Origin: Thermoanaerobaculia bacterium
Lineage (GTDB): Bacteria; Acidobacteriota; Thermoanaerobaculia; UBA5066
Direction: 5' to 3'
Length of the DNA stretch: 64,000 nt
NCBI GenBank assembly: GCA_963816185.1
Contig: CAWFJJ010000024.1
Coordinates: forward strand, 128,001-192,000
Positions 40,961 through 53,410 of this stretch are shown in pieces; positions within the stretch are counted from its first letter, which is position 1, and the number at the start of each line of letters is the position of its first letter. The notes under the pieces are model-generated. The model did not search any database. It was given only the letters and a program-made list of their open reading frames with translations, and was not told the DNA's origin. The position numbers and the translations under genes are program-made.

Positions 40961-43900
40961 ATGCGCCGCCTCCCGCACCTCTCCCTCACGCAGGTCCGGC
41001 TCGTCCGTCTCTTCACGCTTCTTCTCGTCTTCACCGTCCTCGTCCTGTATGCGGTTTTCCGCTCCTCGCGTTTCCAGGAACTTCTCCGCCGCCGGACCGA
41101 AAGGCTGGTGACGGCGAAGATCGGACGGACCGTCACCATCGGGAGCTTCGACCTCGCGCTCGTCCCGTTCGCGTTTCTCGTGCGCGATGTCGCCGTGGCG
41201 AACGACCGGCGGGGTCTCTCCGGTCCGGCGTTCTCGGCTTCCGAAATCGAGCTGCGCGGCTTGCCGACCATCACGAGCCGCCACATCGACATCCCGAAGC
41301 TCCGCGTGGTTTCGCCGCGCGTGGTCGTCGAGGTATTCCCGGACGGGACGACGAATCTGAAGCCGGTTCTCGATGCCCTCGTGGGAGGAGGCGGCGGAGG
41401 CCTCGACGTCCGCCTTCAGGAGGCGGTCATCCAGCGCGCGACCCTTCGCTTCCGGGAATGGGACGCCGAGATCGACGCGATCCTCCAGGACGCGGCGGTC
41501 ACGGCCAGAGCCGGCCGCAGCCGGACGGTGACTCACCTTGCGCTCGCGTGTCGCAAGGGGCGCTTCAAGCTCGAGGACAACGAGACACTCGACTTCGCGA
41601 TTGGCGCGGAGGTGACGCTCGCGCCGGGGCGCGTGCACCTGACAGGCCTGAGGCTGCGCGGCGACCGGCTGAAGCTCGAGGCTTCGGGCGGCGTCGACGA
41701 TCTCAAGAAACCGATCCTCGCTCTCGTCGCCCGCGCCGAGACGACCGGCGAGACCCTTTCGAAAGTATTCGGGCTCGGCCTTCCGCTCACGGGCGCCGTG
41801 AGGATGCGCGGCACGCTGCGCTTCGGCGAGCCGGGCGGCTTCCGCATCTTCGGAGCTTTCGATCTCGACGCCGCCGCGTTCGGCCCGTTCCCGATGACGG
41901 GCGAGGGCGTGATTCGCGTGGACCCGAACGGCCTTCTCGTGAACGTGACGCGCGCGAGCTACGCGGGCGGAGCGCTGGAGGCCGTCGTCCGCCTCGAGAG
42001 GATCAAGAACCCGCCGCTTCCGGTTCGCATCGCGCTGCGCGGGCGCGGCCTCGACTTCGAGCAGTTCTTCTCAGACCTCGGGCTCAAGGGAACGGGGCTC
42101 ATGGGACGCGCCGACCTCGACTCGACCCTCACGTTCGGGCGCGGCGGAATCGAGCATGCCGACGGGATCGGACGGATCCACCTGACGGCCGACGGGGGAC
42201 GGCCCTCGGCGGTCAAGGGACGGTTCGCGCTGCCCGTTTCCGGAGGCGGTCCCCTCGAGGTCCGCGACGGCCAGCTCCTCTTCCGGGCGTCACGTTCGCG
42301 ACGGCCGGAGGTGCCCGGATCCGCGTCGACGGTGGGCTGCGCCTCGGAACCTGGCAGCCCGACCTTCAGCTGGAGATCGCCTCCGACGACCTCGCGGAGG
42401 TTGAGCGGATCGCGGACAACTTCTATCCCGCCATCCAGAACGGAGCCCTTGACGCCGCCCCTCGGACCTCGGAGGAGCGGGGCGGATCGTCGCGCACCTC
42501 TCTCGCAGCTTCTCCGATCCGCGGGTCGAGGGGCGGCTGTCCGCTTCGGGTTTCGTGCTTCGAGGCGTGCCGTTCGGGACGGCCTCGGCCGGGTTCTCGT
42601 GGACCGGAACGTGGCGGCGTTCTCGCCTTTCACAGCGACGGACGGAGGCGGCTCTGTCACCGTCACCGGGAAGATCGGCTGGGGCGGGGCCCTCAAGGAC
42701 GAGTATCGCCTGGATGGCCTCGTGGCGGAGTTTTCCGCATGGCCCATCGAGCGCGTGCTGAAGTTCCTCGATCTCGACCTGCCGATCACCGGCGCGGGCA
42801 CCGGACGGCTTCCGCTCGATGGCGTGACCCCGGCTCTGTCGGGCCGGATTCCGCTCGTCCTGACCGACGCGACCCTGTGGGGGCAGAAGCTCGACCGGCT
42901 GGAAGGCATGCTGGCCTTCGAGAAGGACCGGATCGTGGTCGAGAACGCGACGGCGCGTCTCGCGGACGGCGCCGCGACCGGGGGTGGCTTCTATCGATAT
43001 GCCGACCGCGCTTATGGACTCGATCTCGACGTCCAGGCCATTCCCGTCGCCCGCCTGGATGCGGCCGGCGGACTGTCGCTCACGGGGATCCTTTCGGGGC
43101 AGGTGACGGGGTCCGGGACGGTGGACAAGCCGAATCTCGACATCTCGGCGACGCGTCGCCGATGCGACGTGGAGCGGGAGTCCGCTCGAGCGCCAGGGCA
43201 CGGAGCTCGAGCTCCGGGTGACGGCCGACCGAGGCGCGTTCACTCTCTTCGCGCGCGCTCCCGAAGCGGCCGAGATCAGACTCGCGCCAGACGGACCGAG
43301 GGGCGATGGCGCGGCCGTGTCGAGGTGACGTCCCTGGCGCCGTTCGCGTCGCTGCTGGGCCTGCCCGAGGACGCCCGTCTCGATGGGCGGCTCTCCGCCG
43401 AGGCGTCGCTCTCCCCGGGAAGGATATGAACGCCCTGCGAGGGGAGGGCAAGGTTTCGGCGGCGCGCGTCACGGCCTACGGGCGGACGCTCGAGCTCCGC
43501 TCGCCGGCGCCGCTCAAGGTGGAGAACGGAAAGGTCTTTCTCGAACGGCTGACGCTCGCGGAGATGCCGCGCGAGGATTTGCCTCCGGCGCCGCCGACGA
43601 CTCTCACGATCTCGGGCAGCGCCGGGCTGAGCGCGCCGCACGCGCTCGACCTTTTCGCCGTCGGCTCGTTCGACGCCGCGCTTCTCAAGCCGGCGCTCGA
43701 GGGAATGAACGCGGCCGGGCGCGCGACCGTGGACCTCAGGGTGGGCGGAACTGCTGCCAAGCCGGCGCTCCTCGGCCGGGTCGCGCTCGACGGCATAGAC
43801 CTCTCCTCGCCGGGCGGCGCCGCGTTCGAGTCGATCACGGGAACGCTCCTGTTCTCGGAGGATCGCATCACCGTCGGAGAGCCTCTCGGTCCGGTACAAC

Positions 43901-44944
43901 GGCGGGACGGTGGATCTCGGGGGCTTCATCGCACTGACCGGCCTCAAGCCCACGTCCTTCCGGCTGAGCGCGCACGTCGGGCACGTCCGCGCGTCTCCGT
44001 TCGACGGATTCCGGGCAACGTTCTCCGGCGATCTCGTGCTTCTGGGCGACACGCTCCTCCGCACGGCGCGCGGGGACCTCTCCTTCGACCGGGCGGTCTA
44101 CAGCCGCGACTTCTCGCTGGACATCGCATCGCTCCTGGCGCGAAAGCGCGCCGCCGTCACGAGCGGGAACCCGACGGCGTTCGACGCCGTCGAGCTCGAC
44201 GTCCGCCTCGTCGCGCCGGCGTCCTCCATCGAGGTACGCAACAACGTGGCTCGCCTGAAGCTCTCGGGCGAGCTTTTCATGCGCGGAACATGGGGCCATC
44301 CGCTCCTGTTCGGCGAGATCACGGCCGAAGAGGGTGGCCGCCTCACGCTGCAGGGCCAGCGTTACGAGATCCTGTCGGCCAAGGTCCTCTTCTCGAACCC
44401 GCTGCGCATCGAGCCCTTCTTCGAGCTCGAGGCGCGGGGAACCGTGAGCCGGTACCAGATCTCGTTCGGCCTCACGGGCACGCCTTCGCGCCTCGTGCCG
44501 ACGTTCTCCTCGGACCCGCAGCTCTCCGAGGCGCAGATCGTCTCGCTGATGACCTCGGGCGACATTCCGCAGAGCGCCGTCGCGGGAGCGCCCGTCGGGG
44601 CGGTGCCGATCTCGTCCGACGAATCCGTGTCGAAGGCGGCGCGCGAGCTCCTCGCGAGCCTCGCGACCTCGGCGGTCACGAGCCGGACGAAGGAGTTCTT
44701 CCGGCTGGACCGGCTCCAGATCGACCCCACGATCACGGGTACGTCGTTCGACGCGCCGCGCGTCACGGTCGGCAAGAGCCTCGGCAAGAACTTCAACGGG
44801 ACGGTCTCTTTCGTGCTGTCGAGCAACCAGCAGCAGATCATCACCCTCGACTATCAGCTCACCCCCGCGGCCCTCGTTCAGGCCCGGCTCGACGAAAACG
44901 GGATCTACTCGCTCGAGCTGCGCATCCGGCAGCGGCTGCGATGA
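40961..44944 (+). CDS. tamB: Translocation/assembly module TamB (AsmA-like), frameshifted
   Basis: N-terminal TM, beta-taco repeats, C-terminal FSSDPQLSEAQIVSL..RVTVGK. Confidence 0.8.
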
Positions 44945-47738
44945 GATCCTCCCGCGCCGTCCTTCTCGCCCTGGGAGCGCTCCTCGTCGCGGCGCGCGGG
45001 TCCGCCGAGACGTTCTACGGAACGGGGATCGCCTCCCTGTCCTTTCGCGGCGACGCGCCGGTCGACGAACACCGGCTCGCGGCTCTGACCGAGCTCACGC
45101 CCGGCCGCACCCTGACGGGCGAGGCCGTGCGAACGAGCCTTCGCAACCTCTTCGCGACGCGTCTCTTCTCCGACCTCGCCGTCGAGGCATCGCCGTCGCC
45201 CGCCGGCTCCATCGTGGTCGTCGTCTTCTCGGCGGCGCCGCGGATCGAGCGTCTCGCGCTCTCCCCCGGAGTCCCCGCCGCGGGCCGCATTCTCGACGCC
45301 ATCGGCCTCGGACCCGGCAATCCGTGGCAAAGCGATCTCAGGCCGAAGTACGAGGCGGAGATCCGCCGCGTCCTGCGCGAGGAGGGCTATTTCGGTCCGA
45401 AGATCGCCACGGCGGTCGAGGCTGGCGCCGACGAAACTTCCGTGGACGTCCGGTTCGACGTGGAGAAGGGGCCGCGCGCCATCGCGGGAGCTCCCCGCTT
45501 CTCGGCCCCGCTCGGCCCCCTCGACGAAGCGACTCTGCTCGCGAAAGCGAAATCGAAGAGGGGCAAACCCTATCGCGGCACCGCGGCCCGGGAGGACGCC
45601 GAGCGCTTCGCGGCCGCTTACCGGCGCGCCGGATACTCGCGGGCGGAGGTGCGCCTCGACGACGAGCCGTACGACGCGGCCTCGGCGACCGTCACGCCTC
45701 ACTACGCGCTCTTCGTCGGGCCGCGAGTCGTCCTGAAGGTCACGGGCGAGAGCGAGAAGGTGGTGCGCGCGCACCCGGACTCGCCCTGGACGCGGGGCGA
45801 GCCTTCGGACGAAGACTCGCTTCAGCTCCTGAAGGACGGGCTCCGCCGCACGTATCAGGAAAAGGGTTACGCGCGCGCGAAGGTGGACGTCACGTTCGAA
45901 ACGACGGCGGACGAGGAGCTCGTGGCGTTCACGATCGAGAAAGGGGAGCGATGGACGATCTCCTCCGTGAAGGTGACCGGCGCCGCCAGCCTGCCCCGAA
46001 GGACGTCTTCGGCGCGCTCCAGATGCGCCCGCGCGGCCTCCTCGACGCCGGACGATACGTGGATGGAGACGCGGCGGCGGACCGTGACGCCCTCGAGGCG
46101 CTCTATCGCGCGAACGGGTTCCGGTACGCGAGGGTCTTGCCTCCGGTCGCGACGGAGGGCGCCTCACGGGACACCCTCGACGTGACGTTCAAGGTCGAGG
46201 AAGGGCTCCGCACGATCGTCGCGACGCGGACCGTGGCGGGCATCAAGACGGTGCCCGAGGACGTGCTCCTTCCGCGGCTCGCCGTCAAGGCCGGCCTCCC
46301 GTATTCGGAGTCCACGGTCAGCGACGACGCGGCTCTCCTGCAGTCCCTCTACGTGGATCGGGGCTACGTGGACGCGAAGGTGGAATCGTCCGTGCGCTTT
46401 CTGGAGCCGGTGCCGCCGGAGGGAGAGCGCGCGGAGGTGACGTACACCGTGACCGAGGGTCAACCCGTGACCTTCGGCAAGACGATTCTGCGTGGCAACC
46501 GGCGCACGCAGCCCTTCATCGTGGAGGACCGCCTCGCGAACAAGGAAGGCTCGCCTTTCTCGCTCACGAAGCTCCTCGAGACGCAGCAGAACCTCGCGCG
46601 CCTCGGCATCTTCCAGAAGATCGAGGTCTCGACGTTCCCGACCGACCCGGAGACCATGTCGCGGGCGGTGGTCGTCACCGTCTCCGAAGCGCGTCCGTGG
46701 AGCATCACGTACGGGATCGGCGCGGAATACCAGCCGCAGTCGCCCGGCACCGACCTCTCGGCGCGCCTTTCGCTCGGCGTGTCGTACAACAATCTCTTCG
46801 GCCGCGCCCTCGAGGTGAGCGGGGAAGGGCGCATCTCGAACCGCGACCCGCGGATCATCCTGTCCGCGCGCGACCGGTCGCTGTTCGGCGGCCTCGTTCC
46901 GGTCTCCGTGGCCGCGTACCGGACGAACGACTTCTTCTCGGACATCCTCGTGAAGCGAACGGGAGCCTTCCTTCAGGTGGAGTATCGCCCCTCGACCTCG
47001 CTGCGCACGGGCCTGCGCTACCAGTACGAGCTCGTCGATCCGAGCTCCGACCCCGGACTCGGCGCGGACCAGCGCGCGAACCAGCCGAGCCGCATCAGCT
47101 CGATCGCGGGCGGCGTGACCTGGGACCGGCGCGACGACCCACTGAACCCGCGCTCGGGCACGTTCCTCGCCGCGGACGTCAAGTACGCCTTTCCCTTCCT
47201 CGCGGCGGACGCGGACTTCGTCAAGACCCTGCTCCAGGCCGCGCTCTATCGCCCGTACGGGACGACACGGCTCGTCTTCTCGGTTCGCGGCGGCATCATC
47301 TGGAACCACCAGGCGTGCCCTCCGGAGCTGCAGGCGGCCGGGACGTGCTCTCCGAATCTGATCGTGCCCGTCCCGGAGCGGCTGTTCGCGGGCGGTTCGT
47401 CCACCCATCGCGCCTTTTCGCGCGACAATCTCGGCATCCCGGGGGAGACCCTGAACGCCGACGGCGTGGGCGAGGGCGGCACGGCGGAGCTCGTCGCGAA
47501 TGCCGAGTGGCGCATCCCGGTCGCGAGCGGATTCGAGGCGGCTCTCTTCTTCGACATCGGCAAGGTCTGGGCCGATCCGAGCAACGTGACCTTGAGTCAG
47601 CTCCGGTCCGGAGCCGGGCTCGGCCTCCACTATCAGACGCCGGTCGGTCCGATCCGACTCGAGTACGGCCTGAAGCTCGACCGCAAGCCGGGCGAGGACG
47701 CCGGGGCCTTCGCGTTCTCGGTCGGCTATCCCTTCTGA
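44941..47738 (+). CDS. Omp85 family outer-membrane protein with POTRA domains (TamA/BamA-like), one indel
   Basis: POTRA repeats; DRRDDPLNPRSG, FAGGSSTHRAF, YQTPVGPIRLEYG, terminal Phe. Confidence 0.88.
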
Positions 47739-47759
47739 GGCCCGGGCTTAGAATGGTTC

Positions 47760-49239
47760 ATGCCCCGCTTCACGGTTCTCGAGACTTCGGCCCTCTTCTC
47801 GAACCGGGTCAAGTACGACTACCTGTTCGAGATGGAGATGTGGCTGAAAGGCCTCGAGCGGTTCTTCCAGATCGACTGCCTGCCGCTCTCGGCCTTCGAG
47901 CGTTCGCACGCGTCGCTCAAGAACTACGTGGAGGAGGTGGGCGCCGTGCGCGCCGGCGTGGCCTACATGGCGATGCTCACGACGCAGCTCCTCGGGGAGG
48001 GCAAGGAAGACCTCGCGTCGTTCCTCGTGTACCTGGACAGCCAGGTCGCGCGGACGGGCAGCGGCGAGATGCCTGCGCGCCGCCGCGGAGAACGCCGAGA
48101 CGGAGCTCGCGCTCGTCGTCGAGAAGCTCGAGGATTTCGCGAAGATCCTCGACGAGCTCTCGCGCGCGCCGTTCGTCGCGCTCCAGACGTATCTGTCGCT
48201 CGGCCGGATCGTGGTCGGCACGCTCCGGCAGGACCCGAATCTCGGCGTCCTCTTCCGCGAGAACCTGCGGCCGGTCCTCGACAAGGAGTCGAAGCAGTCG
48301 CTCGGCCGGGTGCTCGAGAGCCTGCCCGACCCTTCGCACCGGGGGGCGCTCGCGGCGCTCTTCGTCGCGCTCTTCAAGGGGTTGCGCTACGCGGACCGGG
48401 CTCGCACCGCCGCCGAGTCGCCCGCCACGCGCACCCGCGCGCTTCTCGTCTTCAGCCTCCTCAAGGGAGAGAGCGAGTCCATCGCCTCGTTCATCTCGAA
48501 GCGCCTCGCGCCGCGCTTCCCGGAGGGGTCGCCCCAGGCCGCCGGGCTGCGGCGCATCGTGACCGCGTTCGAGGCGGAGGTGAAGAAGGTCATGGACGTC
48601 GAGCTCGTCGACGTCGTGCTCATGAAGGATCCGGCTCTCGTCCTCACGCGCCTCGAGGATGCGGCCGCCCTCGTGCGCGACCTTTACCAGCAGAGCGTCA
48701 TCTCGCTCGCCGAGACCTTCTCGTCCGGGCTCGACGAGCGCACGCTCTTCCCCGAGTACCGGACGCGGCTCGACCAGAGCCTCGTTCTGAGGGACGAGCT
48801 CTCTCAGCTCGTGAAGGCGACCCATGATTTCGTGAAGACGCCCGACAAGAAATCGCTGCGGACTCTCGTGGCCGAGCTCGAGTCCTTCCGCCGGAGCGGG
48901 ATGCGCCACCTCATGTTCAAGGACTGGTCCTTGTTCGAGCGTTTCCTCGCCGGCTTCTCTCGCGAGCGGCCTCCGAGGTCCTTCCTGCCGGCCGCGCACC
49001 AGTTCGAGGGCTTTCTGAAGACTCTCGTCAAGGAGATCGGCAAAAGGTCCGTCCTCGCGAATCATCCCTTCAAGGGATTCCGCCTCGAGCGGCGGCTCGC
49101 CGGCTGGCGGGCCGGGCGCCTCCCGGTACAATTGACGGCTGGCGGCCGCCGCGCCGTCCCGATTCCGAAAGGAAGAAGAACGTGGGATTCGTTTCCGTCA
49201 CGCAGGCAGCGGCTGCCTACAAGCAGGGCCGCTTCGTGA
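47760..49239 (+). CDS. Hypothetical helical protein (indels; 3' end uncertain)
   Basis: [19 protein letters not shown].. joins ORF 48211-49239 ([30 protein letters not shown]). Confidence 0.6.
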
Positions 49240-50385
49240 TCATCGTCGACGACGAGGATCGCGAGAACGAGGGCGACCTCTGCCTCGCGGCCGAGTACGT
49301 CACGCCGGCCGCGATCAACTTCATGGCCCGCGAGGGCCGCGGGCTCGTCTGCGTCTCGCTTGACGGAGGAGCGCTGCGACGAGCTGGATCTGCACCCGAT
49401 GGTCGAGCAGAACACGTCCAATTACGGGACGGCCTTCACCGTGTCCGTCGAGGCGCGCGGCAAGACCACGACCGGCATCTCGGCGGCCGACCGCGCGGTG
49501 ACGGTGAAGACGCTCATCGACCCGAAGACGAAGCCGCAAGACCTGCTGCGGCCCGGCCACACGTTCCCGCTGAGGGCGAGGAAGGGCGGCGTCCTCAAGC
49601 GGGCGGGCCAGACGGAGGCGTCCGTCGACCTCGCGCGCATCGCCGGCCTCATGCCCGCCGCCGTCATCTGCGAGATCATGAACGAGGACGGGACGATGGC
49701 CCGCGTGCCGGATCTCCTCGTCTTCTCGGAGAAGCACGGCGTCCCGATCGTCTCGGTGGCCGACATCATCCGCCACAGGATGCGCACGGAGCGCCTCGTG
49801 CAGCGCATCGCGTCCCCCACGCTGCCGACGCGCCACGGCTCGTTCCGCGTCGTCGCCTATCGGTCCGACGTCACGCACGAGGAGCACGTGGCGCTCGTGG
49901 CGGGAGAGTGGAGCGAGGACGAGCCCGTCCTCGTCCGCGTGCACTCCTCCTGCCTCACCGGCGACGTCTTCGGCTCGGAGCGCTGCGACTGCGGGGCGCA
50001 GCTCGAGCGCGCGATGGAGCTGATCGCGCGGGAGGGAAAGGGCGTGCTCCTCTATCTCCTTCAGGAGGGCCGCGGCATCGGCCTCGTGAACAAGCTGCGC
50101 GCCTACGAGCTGCAGGAGCAGGGCCTCGACACCGTCGCCGCGAACGAGAAGCTCGGCTTCGCGCCCGACGTCCGTGACTACGGCATCGGCTGCCAGATCC
50201 TGCGGGACCTCGGCGTGCGGAAGATCCGCCTCCTCACGAACAACCCGTCCAAGTACGTCGCGATCGACGGCTACGGCCTCGAGATCGTCGAGCGCGTCCC
50301 GCTCGAGATCCCTCCCACGGACGGCACGCGCGACTACCTGACCACGAAAAAAGCGAAGATGGGTCATATATTGAAATTGGTATGA
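49182..50385 (+). CDS. ribBA: Bifunctional DHBP synthase / GTP cyclohydrolase II (one indel)
   Basis: [44 protein letters not shown]. Confidence 0.95.
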
Positions 50386-50398
50386 GCAGCTTCGGCCC

Positions 50399-50438
50399 GG
50401 GGGTCCGGGGGCGCCCGAAGGCAAGCCCCCGGAGAGCG
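50399..50438. repeat. 40-bp REP-like GC hairpin, identical to 2021-2060
   Basis: GGGGGTCCGGGGGCGCCCGAAGGCAAGCCCCCGGAGAGCG; TCCGGGGGC/GCCCCCGGA stem. Confidence 0.88.
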
Positions 50439-50521
50439 ATGGGGCACATCCTGAAGCTGGTCTAGAGGCGCAGGGGGAGGGGTCCGGGGATCTTAGAAGG
50501 AAGGGCCTGTGCGAGCGGCCG

Positions 50522-51261
50522 TCAGCGGCGATATCGCTCCGCAAGCTGCTCGGGCGATTCGCCCCGCCTCGCCTTCCAGAGGATCTTCCAGTTCCCGAGC
50601 ACGGTCTCGTGCGACGCCGCGCTCGAGGTAACGGCGTGGGGAGGTTTCCACCGCGTCCCGGAGAATCTCGATGCGCCCTTCTTTCTTGAGCCTCCTCGCG
50701 AAATCCCAGTCGTCGAGGAGCGGCCAGGGCGGATGGCCGCCGAGCTTCTCGTAGACGTCGCGCCTGACGAACGGAGCCTGGTCGCCGTACGGAACGCGCG
50801 TGAACGCCGTGCGGGCATTCGCCCAGAAGGCGACCCAGCGCATGCGCGCGCCGCCGCCGGAGAAAGACAGCCGGAACGCGCCGCCGACGGCCCGCGAGGC
50901 GATCGCGCGGCGGATCGCCTGCTCCCAGCCGGCGGGCAGCAGCGTGTCGGCGTGAAGAAAGAGGAAGATGTCTGCTGAAGAGGAAGAAGAAGAGGAAGAA
51001 GACGATTCTTTGAAGGTGAAGAGGGCCGCCTCGCGCAGGCGCTGTCCGCGCGCCGCGTGCGACAGGTGGATACGAGCCCCTGCACGCGCGAAGGCCTCAC
51101 ACACATTCGAAGAAATCTCCGAATCTGCCGCGACGACGAGCGAAACGGGTCCCGCCGCCTGCCAGAACCCTCTCGAAGAAAATCCCCGGTGGGGGACCTT
51201 CGCCGGCCGCCACGGGGACGATGACCGCGATGCGATCCGAAGCCGGCGACGGCGGTACCAT
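50522..51261 (-). CDS. GT2 glycosyltransferase (TIGR04283-like), one indel, poly-Ser insertion
   Basis: IAVIVP, ARGQRL, FLHADT, GAFRL, YGDQ, TSPRRY. Confidence 0.8.
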
Positions 51262-51270
51262 CCCGCCACG

Positions 51271-51904
51271 ATGCCATACGGGTTCGTCCTCGTGGGCGGT
51301 CGCTCGGAGCGGATGGGCCGCGACAAGACGCGCCTGCCCTACCGGGGAGTCCCGATGGCGCTCCATCAGGCCGAGAAGCTCGCGGTCGTGTGCGGGCGCG
51401 TCGCCCTCGTCGGGAAGGACCCCAAGGCGTTCGGCGACTCCCGCTTTCCCTACGTGACCGACGGTGCGCCCGAGGCGGCCGCGGCGTTCGGCGTCGCCGC
51501 GGCTCTCGCGTTCTCGCCGGAGGAGACGAATCTCGTCCTCGCGGCGGACGTGCCGCGCTGCCCCGAGTCGTTTCTCGCGGCTCTCCTGGACGTCGCCGAA
51601 GCGATTCACGCGCCCGCCGTGGTGCCGGTCTCGGGCGGGCGGGCGCAGCCGCTCTGCGCCGTGTGGCGGCGGTCCGCGCTCGGGCCGCTCCGCTCGCGGC
51701 TCGAGGCCGGCGATTACTCTCTCATCGCGGCGCTCCATGCTTTTCACGCCGTGCTCATCCCCGAGGAGGTCACGGCCGCGATGGCCGGAGGCGCTCCGGC
51801 GAATTTCTTCAACGTCAACACCCCGGAGGAATATGAAGAGCTCGAAAGGGAAGCCCCGGCGGAAGGCCGCGACCGGCGCGGCCGCTCAGCCACCTCGACG
51901 CTGA
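51271..51904 (+). CDS. mobA: Molybdenum cofactor guanylyltransferase
   Basis: LVGGRSERMGRDK, ADVP, QPLCAVW, FFNVNTPEE. Confidence 0.85.
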
Positions 51905-52361
51905 GGGCCGGGCCCGCATGGTCGACGTGTCGCTCAAGCGGCCGACCCTCCGCACGGCCCGCGCCCGCGCTCTCGTGTCGCTCGGCGGGGCCGCCTTTCT
52001 CGCGCTCGACGCCGCCGTGAACCGCAAGGGCGACGCCCTCGCCGTCGCGCGTCTCGCGGGGATCCAGGCGGCCAAGCGCACGGCCGAGTGGATCCCGCTC
52101 TGTCATCCGCTCGCGTTCGACTCCGTCGACGTGAGTCTCGAGCCGCGCCATCAGGAGTCCGTGGTCGAGATCACGACCGAGGTCAAGGGGACCGGCAAGA
52201 CCGGATACGAGATGGAGGCGCTCGTCGCCGCATCCGCGGCCGCGCTCGCTCTTTACGACATGTGCAAGGCGGCCGACAAGGGCATCGAGATCCGCGAGAT
52301 CGCCCTCCTCGAGAAGACGGGCGGCAAGAGCGGGCGGTGGCGCCGCGGGCCGGCAGGCTGA
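51833..52361 (+). CDS. moaC: Cyclic pyranopterin monophosphate synthase MoaC (one indel near the start)
   Basis: LSHLDAEGRARMVDVS, KGDAL, IPLCHP, TGYEMEA, YDMCKA, KTGGKSG. Confidence 0.92.
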
Positions 52362-52389
52362 GTTAGACTCGTTCTCAGGAGGCGGCGAC

Positions 52390-53403
52390 ATGGATCAGGC
52401 GCTCATCGACGGGCACGGACGCCGCATCACCTACGTGCGGATCTCCGTCACGGACCGCTGCAACCTCCGCTGCATCTACTGCATGCCGGAGGACCAGAAG
52501 TTCCGGCCGCTGCCGCACCTCCTCTCGCGCCAGGAGATCCGCCGCGCGGCGCGCCTCCTCGCGGATTTCGGGGTCGAGAAGGTCCGCATCACGGGCGGCG
52601 AGCCGACGACGCGCCCCGATCTCGTGGACATCGTGGGCGACCTCGCCGCGATCGGCTTCCCGGGCGGGATCGCCCTTTCGACGAACGGCGTCCTCTTCCC
52701 GCGGATGGCGCACGACCTCCTCGCGGCGGGCCTCACGAAAGTGAACGTCTCGCTGGACGCCGCCGAGGCCGAGCACTTCCGCAAGCTGACGCGGCGGGAC
52801 CATTTCAAGCCGGTCGTCGAGTCGATCGCCCTCGCCCTCTCGCTGCCCTTCGAATCCGTGAAGATCAACGCGGTGGTCATCCGCGGCCTCAACGACGACC
52901 AGATCCTCCCGCTCGCCGCGATGACGAAGGACAAGAAGCTCGGCGTGCGCTTCATCGAATTCATGCCGTTCGGCGACAACGACTGGAAGGAATCGGACTG
53001 GGTGGGGTGGGAAGAGGTGTGGGACCGCCTCGCCTCCGCCGGCTACGTCCTTTCGCCGATCGTCAAGACGCTCGTGGCCGGGCCCGCCGACGAGTATTCC
53101 GTCACCTCGCCCGCGGGCGTCCACACGGGCTCGATCGGCTTCATCACGCCCGTCTCGGATCGCTTCTGCGACACCTGCAATCGCATGCGGCTCACGCAGG
53201 ACGGGTTCCTGAAGGGGTGTCTCTTCGGGCACGCGGACGTGGACCTTCTGAAGCCGATGCGCGCGGGCGCGAGCGACGAGGAGCTTCGCGCCCTCGTGAC
53301 GAGGGCGGCCGCGATCAAGGAAGAGCGCCACCCCATGTTCGTCGGCATGAGCAAGTCGGCGCTGCCCCTGCACGCCCGGAACATGAGCGAGATCGGCGGC
53401 TGA
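52390..53403 (+). CDS. moaA: GTP 3',8-cyclase MoaA
   Basis: CNLRCIYC, ITGGEP, FIEFMP, FCDTCNR..C, C-terminal IGG. Confidence 0.95.
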   Translation: MDQALIDGHGRRITYVRISVTDRCNLRCIYCMPEDQKFRPLPHLLSRQEIRRAARLLADFGVEKVRITGGEPTTRPDLVDIVGDLAAIGFPGGIALSTNGVLFPRMAHDLLAAGLTKVNVSLDAAEAEHFRKLTRRDHFKPVVESIALALSLPFESVKINAVVIRGLNDDQILPLAAMTKDKKLGVRFIEFMPFGDNDWKESDWVGWEEVWDRLASAGYVLSPIVKTLVAGPADEYSVTSPAGVHTGSIGFITPVSDRFCDTCNRMRLTQDGFLKGCLFGHADVDLLKPMRAGASDEELRALVTRAAAIKEERHPMFVGMSKSALPLHARNMSEIGG

Positions 53404-53410
53404 TGGCGCC

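Noticed and set aside
51271-52361. Apparent MobA-MoaC fusion or read-through
   Set aside because: One extra base near 51880 explains both genes: mobA then stops at 51904 and moaC starts at ATG 51833 behind a GGAGGA RBS.
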